Assembly (NCBI RefSeq): GCF_004010195.1
Contig: NW_025215259.1
Span: 19,425 to 78,000 of the forward strand
Direction of reading: 5' to 3'
Length of the DNA: 58,576 nt
DNA from: Chiloscyllium plagiosum
Lineage: Eukaryota
Shown: positions 38,051 through 49,649 of the stretch, piece after piece
Numbering within the stretch: position 1 is the first letter of the stretch
Layout: every line of letters starts with the position of its first letter
The notes under the pieces: generated by a model
Seen by the model: only the letters and a program-made list of their open reading frames with translations
Database searches by the model: none
What the model was told of the DNA's origin: nothing
Position numbers and translations under genes: made by a program

Positions 38051-38467
38051 GTCACTGCAAAGATGGATGAGCTCGATTGGGGCTCTTAATCTGACAGCGG
38101 AGAAATCTGAGAGAGGAATTGATTAACGTGCACAGAAAGGGAATAGATACGTGTGACAGGAATAAAATTCTAATGGGAAGAGTTAATAACCAGGGATATA
38201 GATGAAACGCTAGAGAGAGGATGTTCAGAGAATATTTAGGAAGAACGTTTGCATCCTGAGAGTGTTGTTTGTCTGGAACTTACTGCGTGAACGTATGGTA
38301 AATCGAAGAGTCCTCAGAACACTTCAGGAGTATTTAGCCAAACACTTGAGAAGCTAGAGCATGTACGGATAAGGACCGGGTACTGGAAAGTGGGGCGAGG
38401 ATAAATAGATGTTTGATGAAAGACTTGAACACCGTAACGTTGGGTGCAGTAAAATGTAGGCTATCTC

Positions 38468-38559
38468 ACCTCTGTGGCATAATGAAAGTCGTGTTGGACA
38501 CCTACTGCATTGTTAAGATTGTGATTCAATGTTTGTGGGTTTGAGTCCCAGCAGAATCG
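38468..38559 (+). pseudogene. Intron-type tRNA-Arg pseudogene
   Basis: ctctgtggcataatgaaagtcgtgttggacaccta-[intron]-attcaatgtttgtgggtttgagtcccagcagaatcg. Confidence 0.75.
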
Positions 38560-39574
38560 GAGTTTAGTTCAGATTTCCGCTGAATCAATGATTGTTCTGC
38601 TGATTCATCATCAGTTCCCATCGTCTGGAGTTCTCGTCCCCGCTACTGATCAGAGAAGATTCCTCACCTTCTTGGTGGTGAGTTTTGAGGGAATCGCATC
38701 ATTTGAAACATGATCAGTCCAGAATACGCTGCTCATTCACAAAACCAACTGCTGAAGCCCACTGTCTCTCAACACATTTCCCTCCCACGGTTGCACAACG
38801 TTTTTTGGTTTATTCAGTGTCTTTTCGCTTTTGGGCGAAATGCCCCCTTCCTATTCCTCTCTGTCTGTGCTGTTTCTGACAGAGGGTTTTAAACAATAAC
38901 ATGATGAGGACACTGTGAACCTACACCACGCAATACCAAGGTCCTCCACTTTAACCCACTGCTCTCACAGCTGGAATACACAGCTCCTGTTGTAGCTTTA
39001 GATCAGACAGTGGAGGATTCTCCCAGGCGCTCTGTCAAGCTGCATGCTCCTTCACACAGGTTTCCAACTGGACACATGGAGCGAACGGCCGTGAGAATAT
39101 TGGGGATTCAGGGACAGATTTCCCCTTTGCCTGGCTAGAGTTCTGGCCACGGTAGTAATTATGAATTTCGGTCATTCTGGATCTTACTCTGGATTTTTAT
39201 CACTTTACAATTTAAACTGAAAATCAATTTNNNNNNNNNNNNNNACAGATTTCCCCTTTGCCTGGCTAGAGTTCTGGCCACGGTAATAATTATGAATTTC
39301 GGTCATACTGGATCTTACTCTGGATTTTTATCACTTATCACTTTACAATTTAAACTGAAATTCAATTTACTCTTGCATAACATTCTGATATCTTCAGTAT
39401 TCATGAAAACTGTGCAACATGTCCTTGGATGTAACCATGTTGAATATTGACGATGAGTGCAGTATATTTCTTGTTTTCTGTAGGAACATGCAGAAGGAAG
39501 ATGGTGAAGTGTCGTTGAATCGAATTCTGTGTCAAATTGAAGCAGACCGAATGAGAAGTGACAGCGATAATATA

Positions 39575-39705
39575 GAGCTGAAAATGTGTTGCTGGAAAAG
39601 CGCAGCATGTCAGGCAGCATCCCTGGATGCTGCCTGACCTGCTGCGCTTTTCCAGCAACACATTTTCAGCTCTGATCGCCAGCATCTGCAGTCCTCACTT
39701 TCTCC
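39575..39705. mobile_element. Palindromic mini-insertion of PLE terminal repeat with 14 bp TSD
   Basis: ~48 bp inverted arms with one mismatch; ACAGCGATAATATA at 39561-39574 and 39706-39719. Confidence 0.9.
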
Positions 39706-39953
39706 ACAGCGATAATATAACATTGTCTGTAAACAACGCAGCGACCCACAGAAACCCAGTTTTCAATCAAATCTATTTTGCACAACGTTTTTCTATGTCC
39801 CATTTCCTGAACCTGATGCTCGAAAAGTCACAGGTCCATGTCAGTTCCTCCTCCTCTGCTTTAGCTTTAATTTCAGAACCACAGCAAAAGTAGAACATGC
39901 GGGTTGAAGGTCCCAGAGGTACGAGTAGGCACTTTATAGGCTTGCTGCCGGCG

Positions 39954-40038
39954 GCTCCAGTGAAGCAACTGATCAGCGCTTGGTACTGAACAGCGTGTAA
40001 AAATGCCGCAGTTGTAATTCCAATCGTTATCTAAAGTC
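39954..40038 (+). pseudogene. Intron-type tRNA-Ile(TAT) pseudogene
   Basis: gctccagtgaagcaactgatcagcgcttggtactgaa-[intron]-atgccgcagttgtaattccaatcgttatctaaagt. Confidence 0.7.
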
Positions 40039-40359
40039 GCTTTTACTGACGTTAATCAGGAATCATTGGAGCATCAGACTAAAGCAAAGATGAAGAATAA
40101 TATCGAATAAAGCAGCATCTATTCTAAAACTCCAGTTTCTGATTTGGGAAAGGTATCAATCGTTAACCGTAAAACTGCACATATTCCCCAAGTAATTATC
40201 CATCTGTGGATCGAGAAACAGAAGTGATATTTGAGCTTGATGACCTTTTTCAAATCTCTAACACTGCACTGGATTACATTCTTGAAAAGACTCTTAAACT
40301 CGTTTCATGTAATCCTGTTTGTTGCAAACTCACACAGCTCATTAAACCGTTCGAAAGAA

Positions 40360-42937
40360 ATTAGATTTATTTCTTTTGGTAGATTGAATGTTGTCAGCGT
40401 ATCTGGTTAATTCATGACAAATAGGCTCGCTGCTGTGTGGAACAGAGGGTTTAAACAGAAATAAGGACGGGTCTTGTCGCTGGATTTTTCGGGCGGAGAT
40501 CAATGAGTATTAAATGGACTCAGTCCCGTTACTGGTCATTTTGACCAAATGTTCAAGGCAACACATGGCAATGATAATGATGCTTGACATCGACAGGTCC
40601 ATTCATACTCATTGGAATCACCATTGTATTACAGATCAGGTGAGCGAAGGAGCTGATGATCCTCATGGCAACCTGAGACAGTGCGACAATTAATCCCACG
40701 TTGTTAGTCTCACTCGATCCCATACACCATTTAGCCAGCGGACTGAGCTAACCGGCTGCATTTTAATGCAAAGCTAAAACAAACAGCTCAGTACATTTAC
40801 AATGTGTAGTAGTTCACGTAGAACCAGTGGCTACACCTTTCAAACACCACCAGCTCTTCTTACAATTAACATGTTCATTGCAGGCATTATGCAATTTCTT
40901 TCCGATGAACAATTCGTGAGTGTGTCACATTTGCCTCTCCATCCAGGCAGCCCAGAATACCTGTCCCTGTTAAATTCGCTCCTTGTGTGTCAGTATGTGG
41001 TTTTTCAATTATTCTGAAATCATCTTCTAAAATGTTTTTTTTTTTTCTGAAAAATCAATTCCGAAACATGGATACAAAAAACAAACTCGAATTCGGACAA
41101 TTAGTTTAAATTATGCCCCAATCAAATTTGAATTTGATATTTTTACAATGTTAAAACCATTGAAACGATCCGACGTTTTGTGAGGCAAATATCGGACATT
41201 TTGAACAGTTACCCAGAGCGGCAAAGAATACAGCTAAAAGACCAACAGATGTAGGGTGTTGGTAAAATCTCCAAGAAGTGCCTATCTGGAGAAATAGATT
41301 GCATAGAAAAAAAAGCATCAACACCGACCTGGATTTTTTAAAAAAAATCTACAGAGGATGATACAAAGAGAAGATTCGAGCACTAGCTGGTTTTTAAAAT
41401 TGAATTTGTTTGTAACTGTTAATGGGCTCGGGATGCTGCCTGACCTGCTGCGCTTTCCAGCAACACATTTTCTGCTCTGATCGCCAGCATCTGCAGTCCT
41501 CATTTTCTCCTCGGGATTGGGGAAGGTATTGTAGAGCAGAAGGTTGAGAGAAAGGAGTTGAAAGTAGTTGTAAGTTGATTATTCNNNNNNNNNNNNNNNN
41601 NNNNNNNNNNNNNNNNNNNNNNNNNNNNNNNNNNNNNNNNNNNNNNNNNNNNNNNNNNNNNNNNNNNNNNNNNNNNNNNNNNNNNNNNNNNNNNNNNNNN
41701 NAATTCGATTTATCTCTTAGGGTAGATTGAATGTTGTCAGCGAATCTGGTAAAGTCATGACAAATAGTTTTGCTGCTGTGCAGAACAGAGGGTTCCAACA
41801 GGAGTAAGGATAATTCTTGTCGCTGGATTTTTCGGGAGGAGATCAGTGAGTTTGAAAAGGTCTCAGTCCCGTTCCTGGTTATTGTGAACAAATGTTCAAG
41901 GCAACAGATGGCAAAGATAATTGTGCTTGACATTGACAGGTCCATTCCTACTTACTAGAGTTACAATTGTATTACAGATCACATGAGTGGTGGAGATGAT
42001 GATCATTATGGCAACCTGAGACAGTGCGACAATTAATCCCACGTTGATAGTCTCATTCGATCCCATAAACCATTTAGCCAGCGGACTGAGCTAACCGGCT
42101 GCATTTTAATGCAAAGCTAAAACAAACAGCTCAGTACATTTACAATGTGTAGTAGTTCACGTAGAACCAGCGGCTACACCTTTCAAACACCACCAGCTCT
42201 TCTTACAATTAACATGTTCATTGCAGGTATTATGCAATTTCTTTCCGATGAACAATTCGTGAGTGTGTCACATTTGCCTCTCCATCCAGACGCCCAGAAT
42301 ACCTGTCCCTGTTAAATTCGCTCCTTGTGTGTCAGTACGTGGTTTTTCAATTATTCTGAAATCATCTTCTAAAATGTTTTTTTTCTTTCTGAAAAATCAA
42401 TTCCGATACAAGGATACAAAAAACAAACTCGAATTCGGACAATTAGTTTAAATTATGCCCCAATCAAATTTGAATTTGATATTTTTACAATGTTAAAACC
42501 ATTGAAACGATCCGACGTTTTGTGAGGCAAATATCGGACATTTTGTACAGTTACCCAGAGCGGCAAAGAACAGCAAAGAATACAGCTAAAAGACCAACAG
42601 ATGTAGGGTGTTAGTAAAATCTCCAAGAAGTGCCTATCTGGAGAAATAGATTGCATAGAAAAAAAAAGCATCAACACCGACCTGGATTTTAAAAAAAAAA
42701 TCTACAGAGGATGATACAAATAGAAGATTCGAGCACTAGCTGGTTTTTAAAATTGAATTTGTTTGTAACTGTTAATGGGCTCGGGATGCTGCCTGACCTG
42801 CTGCGCTTTCCAGCAACACATTTTCTGCTCTGATCGCCAGCATCTGCAGTCCTCACTTTCTCCTCGGGATTGGGGAAGGTATTGTAGAGCAGTAGGTTGA
42901 GAGAAAGGAGTTGAAAGTAGTTGAAAGTTGATTATTC
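40360..42937. repeat. ~1.3 kb direct duplication across an N gap
   Basis: 40360-41584 repeated at 41702-42937; first ~300 bp clearly diverged, the rest nearly identical. Confidence 0.9.
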
Positions 42938-43446
42938 GCTGTCAAATGTAAAAAAAACAATAACGTTGTTATTTATAACTTCAAATAGTGATTTTTGGGA
43001 TAGTTGTTTAACAGAGTACAGCACGGGTTGAATCCTTTTTGTTTTGATGGTTTTCATTAGCAGAAGTGTTTACCTCGTCAAGTAACATCAGATTCTGTGG
43101 TTGCTTTGTTGTTTCGCTCATTTGTGCATTGTACCTCATTAACGATTTTGAAGTTGTCCCCTCGACACAAAAGGTCCGTGCTTTTGCACCATTGTACAAA
43201 AGGTGCATTGTGTCTAAGCGACAGGGCACCCTACAAGAACATTCGACGCTGATTCAATCTATCTATCCTGATATTTACCCATGGAAACAGCACTGCGTAC
43301 TCTCCTCCAGTCTGGAAAACCATCCCTTCACAGATAATATTACATCCCGCTTTCAAGGGGCTTTTCATTCCATTGCTTTCAATTCTTCACAGAATCCGTT
43401 TCACTGATTTTGTCACTGAGTCATTTCATTGTGTTCACATCCTGTG

Positions 43447-43493
43447 TGTTGAGGGTCACAGTTGGAGCGTGCTGAGCCCATGTCCCAGGGATC
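43447..43493 (+). pseudogene. tRNA-iMet remnant
   Basis: ggagcgtgctgagcccatgtcccagggatc resembles GAAGCGTGCTGGGCCCATAACCCAGAGGTC. Confidence 0.6.
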
Positions 43494-44779
43494 ATAACAT
43501 AGTCGGTGAAATGATGAACTGCGGAGTACAGTTCACAAACAGCATGTAGGTGTATGTATGTTCTGCAAATGTTCACGCCTGTTTTAAGAAGCAAGATAAA
43601 CAGTTCTTGGTTTCTGCTTTTGTTGTCACCCAGACCAAGATTGTAAATGCTGGGAACATGCACTGGTCGAGATTATTGCTTTCCCACATCCGTTTTCTCC
43701 CCATGAGCTGTTCAGATGATGGTCTGAATCGCTTTCTTTTGTTCCCTGTCACTCTCGGATGATTGCAGCTGTGAGATCTGTTCTCTCAACTGGAGGTAAC
43801 GTGATAAAGTTTATACACATCAGGTCCAGTGTGCCTGAGCGACAGGACTCGCTGCAGTAACATCCCATGCTGATTCAGACAGCAGAGCTGAACAGCTTCT
43901 GTCGGCGCGTGAGTGACGCCACACGTTGATGTTGCCCTTCTTCCTGTCTCTGGAACAGAGTGGCTGATGGTGTAACAATGTCTCATTGTTAACCCTATCT
44001 TCTGTGATAGACTGGATGCAGCCCCGCAGCTCAGGGACATGGGGATGGCTCTCAGTGAGTGGGAGTTTAACTCGGATTTCTTTATCTGGGCCAGTTAGGG
44101 CTCAGATGTAAACTGCAGCCCGTTTTCAGCAAAGGAGCCGATGTTACTGTTACAAAAGCTTTTCTGCAGGATTGTTGTGTGAAGATGGATTCTGAACAGC
44201 AAACAGGCTGCACAGAAATGCCCTCGCATGAATTTACCTGAGGGTAGACAGTCTGGAGTACATTTCTATCTTTTCAACCAGCTCAACATCTTTATCGCTG
44301 TCTCAGATAAATGATATTTGCAGGAAGTTCCCAATCAAACTTGCTGATTTCCAGCACGTGATGGAAATGGCTGTGCCGATGAAAGCGAGCTTTGGAGCAT
44401 ATCCGCGCTTGCCTCCCCTCACACTGCTTGCCGGTGGAGGGAAATAGCTGAATACTCTGCCGATGGAGACAACGTAGTCCAAGCGGAAGGGATAGACAGC
44501 ACTGTCCCGCGAACAAGGAGACGAAACGAGAAGGCGATATTCTTGAAAGACTTTGGTGCTTAGAAATCCGAGAACACAGTGGGATGTTTTCGGAACTGAG
44601 CGACTCTCAACTGGTTTGGTGTTGGAAATGTAAGAGTGTCTAGGGTTTAGTAGCTTGTGTTAATACTGGCATGTGAGAATGTCTTACATCAAGTCGCCAG
44701 CGAGCTTTGGTTGTTTGATTTTACTTTTGTCCGATCTTTTTAGCTTTGAGTTTTGGGATCAGAACTGTCATTGTAGTGG

Positions 44780-45350
44780 GCATGGCACAATACCATGTGT
44801 GGGGAAAGTGAAATCAGTGTTAGAGGATGTTCACCAACAGAATCCCACACTGAATAAATCCATCATCTAGATGTTCGCACAGTTCTGGATGTGAAACGTT
44901 AGGAAGTGGGGACGTCAAATGATTGGAAACAGCGCTGAACAGGTTGAGAGGAATGGTGCAGTGTACGAAGAAGGGTCATTTCGAAAGTTGGGACAGATCT
45001 CCTTGGAGAGCAGAAGGCCAAAAGCTGGCCCTGTTAAACCTTTCCAAGACATGAGTGGGTTTGACAGAGGAAATAAGAAAGGGAGAATGCTCCCTAAGCC
45101 TGAAGGGATCGAGAACGAGTCGGCAGAGTTTTAAAGACATTCGTAAAAGAAGAAAAATGTACATGAGGAGGAATGTTTTCACATAGGGCGTGGTTAGGGT
45201 CTGTATACTACTGCTTGACATTGACAAAGACGCAGTTTCAATCAAGTTATTTAAAAATTAATTTGATGCTTATGTTGAAAGTAAATGTGTAGAGTTACAG
45301 GGAGAAGGCAAGAGAATGATACCAAAAGAGAGTCACATTTATCTCTGTAG
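44780..45350 (+). mobile_element. Old CR1 3' fragment
   Basis: gcacagttctgg...aggaag and aggaatgttttcacatagggcgtggttagggtctg resemble degraded CR1 ORF2 end. Confidence 0.55.
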
Positions 45351-45575
45351 AGAGTCAGCACAGCTAAGGTGTTTTGTGACACATTTGTGATTCTGACTGG
45401 AATCACAGTTCGACCAACAGAATGTAGGGAGTTAAACAACGGTGATATTGGCAATGCAGGGACACATCTACACAACAAAATATTATCCAGCACGGAAAAT
45501 TCATAGGGAGTATGGCGCTGTCTGCAAATCCTGCAGGGTGTCCTGCGGATCAGACACAGCACACTTCACTATTCA

Positions 45576-45657
45576 GGTAAGGTGCCCAAGCGGCCTGAGG
45601 CCTTGGATTCTGATTCCAGCCTCGAAAGAGGTGTAGGTTCATATCCCACCGCTGTAA
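45576..45657 (+). pseudogene. tRNA-Leu (AAG/TAG body) pseudogene
   Basis: 82 nt colinear with vertebrate Leu tRNA with a long variable arm cctc-gaaa-gagg; acceptor stem broken, anticodon position reads CTG. Confidence 0.75.
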
Positions 45658-46589
45658 TCTCCGAGGTTGCAGCGTGTTCAAAGCCAAAAAAAGGAGAGCC
45701 GTGAGTTTGCTTCTTGGAGAACTAACTGTGGTGTGGGAGAGTGTGCGCTCTCTCAAAAGAGTCAGAGTCCATGTTGTCATGATCGTGTTCGCCTACCACA
45801 CGCTCAATTGTAGGCTCAAGCAGCTGCAGCTTTGTTCCAGGCAAGTTGAATTTTCACTGGAACCGAATAGAGATTGTTATTTCATTGCTGTTGGAAACAA
45901 AGTCCTGCAGTGACTCTACTCGCCGTTATTTGGTTTTCTGGCGAATGGGAAAATGATTCCAATGAATTGTGATGTCATATGTTCTTAACTTTCTCACATT
46001 TACTTCATTTCTGTCTTGGAACGGTGGAAGGAAAAGGTGATCTAATCGAGACTGTGATTGGTGAAATTCACTTTTTATGGGCCATTCGTATTGTGTTCTT
46101 TTTTTTCTCTTTTCAGCACTTTCTGGGCAGTGGTGGTGTACGAAGGCTGCAGTGTGTTTGAAATGAAAGAGTAGTTTGGAATTGCCCTGTTGTTCGTTGT
46201 GAGATTCGTTTCTGGCTCATGCCCTCGGACTGTCTCACAATGAGCATTCATGTTTCTCTGTGTCTTAAAATGCATTTGGTTTGTCATTTTTGTTTGTGTT
46301 CCGTGTTAAATGCTGTTTGTTTTGCTATTCTAGAAATACATTCCGAGATAACACAGTTTGTGAGGCAATTTCTAGCAGCAAAAATCCTCAACTGAGGATC
46401 CGGGAATATTTCCCGGAGCATGGTCTGTCAGGGAAAAAGTAAAGAAATCTTTCGCTTCTGCAGTGTTTCAGAATACTACTTTTCCGGTGAACAGCCACAG
46501 AGAGCGATGGCAAGCCACGCTAAAAATAATTCTTTCAAGCTGGTGTAAGCAACACAACGTTATTGGGGTACACAGCGAGGAAACCGATT

Positions 46590-47000
46590 CTTCAGTGGAT
46601 CTTGTCCATGCTGACCACATAGCCAAAGTCAAACATGTCCCATTGACCAGCATTTGGCCCCTATCCCACTAAACCCTTCCTATCCAGAAATTCATCCGGT
46701 TGCCTTTGAAATCTTCTGAGTGTACTAACCTCCACCACTTCCTCTGGTAGCTGATTCCATACACGCACAACCATCTGCGTGGGAAAGCTGCCTCAAGTCA
46801 CTTTTATATTTTACCCATCTCACCTTACACCTATGTTCTCCAGTTTTCAACTCGCCCCATATTGCGGAAATCAAAAACTTAAATATTCTGTTGACAAACC
46901 TTCCTTAAGGTCATTCTCGACGAAGAAGGGAAAGTTGTCCCAGCATGTTCAGACTCGCCCTACATTCCAAACTGTGCACGCCTGACAACATCCTTGTCTA
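46590..47000 (-). mobile_element. CR1 3' fragment
   Basis: cctccaccacttcctctggtagctgattccatacacgcacaaccatctgcgtg is similar to the CR1 at 6010-6070. Confidence 0.7.
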
Positions 47001-47153
47001 TATTTTGTGAGCAATTTTACGTGATTCTCTTAATTTTTTAATGATGCCAATTAAGCTGGAGAATAACCAGCTCCTGGAAACAGAAAGGTGAAACGTTGAA
47101 CGGCTGTAAGTTTTAGTGCTGGCCGACTCTGAACACCAGCTGCTCGCGGAGAT

Positions 47154-47227
47154 GCTTCCTGTAGTGTAGTGGCTATTGGTGTCACCTCATGTACGAAAAC
47201 TCCCCACTTCTAAATCCGGCAAGAATA
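47154..47227 (+). pseudogene. tRNA-Val pseudogene
   Basis: cttcctgtagtgtagtggctat...cctcatgtacgaaaactcccc resembles GTTTCCGTAGTGTAGTGGTTAT...CCTCACACGCGAAAGGTCCCC. Confidence 0.6.
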
Positions 47228-47469
47228 GCCTTATTTCCGGTGGCAGCCTTTCAGGCTGACATGAGGAGAGCTTTGTAACTTACTGTTCACATCAGCAAAC
47301 CTGGCTTTGAATTTGCTTGCTCATACATATTCGAGTGGTGAAAAGGAATGCAATCCCGTTTCATTACTGTGTGAAACATTGTTACGGTTTTCTCCATCCT
47401 TGTTCTGAATGTGCACAGATGTGTACAGCACTGATGGCCATTCTGTTTCAGAGTGGAGTTACCGTGCTC

Positions 47470-47542
47470 TGATCCATTCACGAAAAGCAGTACCACATTT
47501 GCTTTCCTTGTGCAGGCGGCCCGGTTCAAAGCCATTGAGCAA
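47470..47542 (+). pseudogene. Possible tRNA-Val(TAC)-type remnant
   Basis: taccacatttgcttt...gcaggcggcccggttcaaagcca loosely matches Val-TAC. Confidence 0.3.
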
Positions 47543-48213
47543 AGGTTCCCAGCAGAAATCCTCAGCTGAGGACCTGGGCATGTTTCATGGGGAATGGTCA
47601 ATGGGGGCAGCATTCTGCAGTGTTTCTAAACTCTAAATTCAAGCGCGATTGGATGTTAGTATTATGAGGCATAATTTAAATTGATTGGTAAAATAGGAAT
47701 TGTTTCCTAATTAGCAACCAACTCAGGTTTGTTTCACAGCCAAACGTTACATCTTTCCAATTTTCCAGTACACGCTGAGACTGCGAGCTGGTCATCACAG
47801 GTATTTGTCAGGTCTCACTTCTGAACAGCATTCACTCTCATTTAAAGGTGGAGGGCACGCCTTCAACTTCATAACTTATCACAAAATCCTGCAGCTTCTA
47901 ATCTTGGGGACAGGGATTGGATTGCAGCCGTTACCGCATTAAATGTAAAGATTTTCACACAGGAAGCGCCGTTCATGAGGGGGGAGTTTCTGTAAGTTGT
48001 GTCCCACGGCTGTGCAGGGAGCTGCAGTGGCCACTTTCTGTTGACAGCGGGGGTCTAGAGAGAGCAGAGTTTGTCCCTATCGTACTCCATGTGGAGCCAG
48101 GGAAGACAGAATCATCAATGGTTTGGGCTGCAATTCAATCTTGCCATGGATTTTCCGGTTTAAATGGAGGTAGGGTGGTATTCCCATAGTCTGATCTGGA
48201 ACAACCAAAGCTC

Positions 48214-48284
48214 CATCCCTGGATGGTCTCAAACCACTAGCCTTTATCTTGCAGCCCGCCGCTGACCATTTGAGCCACACAGAC
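48214..48284 (-). pseudogene. tRNA-Asn pseudogene
   Basis: Reverse strand gtctgtgtggctcaaatggtcagcg...aaaggctagtggtttgagaccatccagggatg matches Asn-GTT ends; anticodon arm damaged. Confidence 0.7.
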
Positions 48285-49649
48285 TGTCACCAACCAGGCG
48301 TGCCGATTTCCTTAAAGCAGGAATGTTAGCGGGGATCTGAAGGGCAGTGGAACAGCTGGGTCTCTCACTGTTTTCAGAATCTGTCACCAATTTTCCTGCT
48401 TTCATTACCCAGAGTGTCAGAGGGCTTGAGTGGTCTGCAAACACCCAGTGGGAAAGGAACCATCACAAACTGGAAGATACACAGGCCCATCGATGTGACT
48501 GCCTGAGCTATTTCACTATGACTCGGGTACTGGGATAATTCAAGACCACGGCTTGACAGAAACTGGAGATTAAATACAGCGGTTCAGGCTGCTCAGTCCA
48601 ACTGTATACCATTAAGATACAGTAGGTATTGAATTCCTTCCATATAACCACTTCATCAAATCCTCCCTGTCAATCTATCCAAAATCTTATTTTTTGTATC
48701 TCATCGTCCATTTCACCAGCTAATGTGAACATCTTGTTTTCATCTTCCTTATCGACACCAATTCTAAGCCAATAAGCTCTGTCGCATCTCTCTTCAACTC
48801 CAGTTGCTACATCGCACCATAAATCACTCCTGAAACGTTCTGGTAATTGAATGAGCCTGTTCCCTCTCTGGACCCTCCCATCCTTCACATTGTGTGATCA
48901 TCTCTGTTTTGAATATACTGATCAACCTCGACCAGGAGGAGGGATAATGTGAGTTTCTGAAATTATAGAGAGGGTGCTGGAGGAACTGAATAGGACTGGC
49001 ACCTTTTGGGAGAGAGAAATAATGTTCATTTTTAGAGACAATTTCTTACTTTATTTTGATTATTCTTTCTCTCTGCCCTAATAGTGATGGATTTTGGACG
49101 TTTCTTTCTCTGTGGATTGCAAGGAAGGATATACACACAAAAACATCAAACAAAGGGGATTATTTGTCTGTCTGATTTCTCACCTGGTTGACACTGCCTT
49201 TATTAAAGTTCTTTGAATATTTGAAGAAGATTCACAGACAGGAAACACCAAACAAACATTTAATCAAAATTTGACATGATCAATCGATTCATCAGAAACT
49301 GAAAATAATTGGCGTTTGAGTGTTGAATCCTAAGTCATTACCAATCACTGCATATAATTTCTCCATCATATCCTCTCTGACGATCTGTACCAAAGTCTTA
49401 AGTGATTGTTGATGTGTCCCATACCTGGGGGGAGATGTGCTCCAGGAAAAGGAAGCTGGGAGCTGACTGGATGAACTGGGGTTGTAGAGGAGATGAGGTT
49501 TGAGTGACAGACCCTGGGAGTATTTGAACCTCGCTCAGTGAGCCATTACCCTCAAGCCATGCGGGCTGACTGGGGGAGTATCTATCTGTTACTGTCTCTG
49601 TCTGTCTGTGACAGAGTGTGGGCTGGGGGTCACTTTTTCCCTTTTTGCC

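Larger units (their letters stand above)
23060..43740 (-). repeat. Right arm of large diverged inverted duplication
   Basis: Reverse-complement colinearity with 1780-19440, with arm-specific transposon insertions and local duplications. Confidence 0.9.

Noticed and set aside
39115..39370. ~115 bp direct repeat
   Set aside because: The copies sit on either side of a 14-N gap; probably unmerged contig overlap
46370..46425. ccgggaatatttcccgg hairpin resembling a tRNA-Gly T-arm
   Set aside because: No other tRNA elements are recognisable
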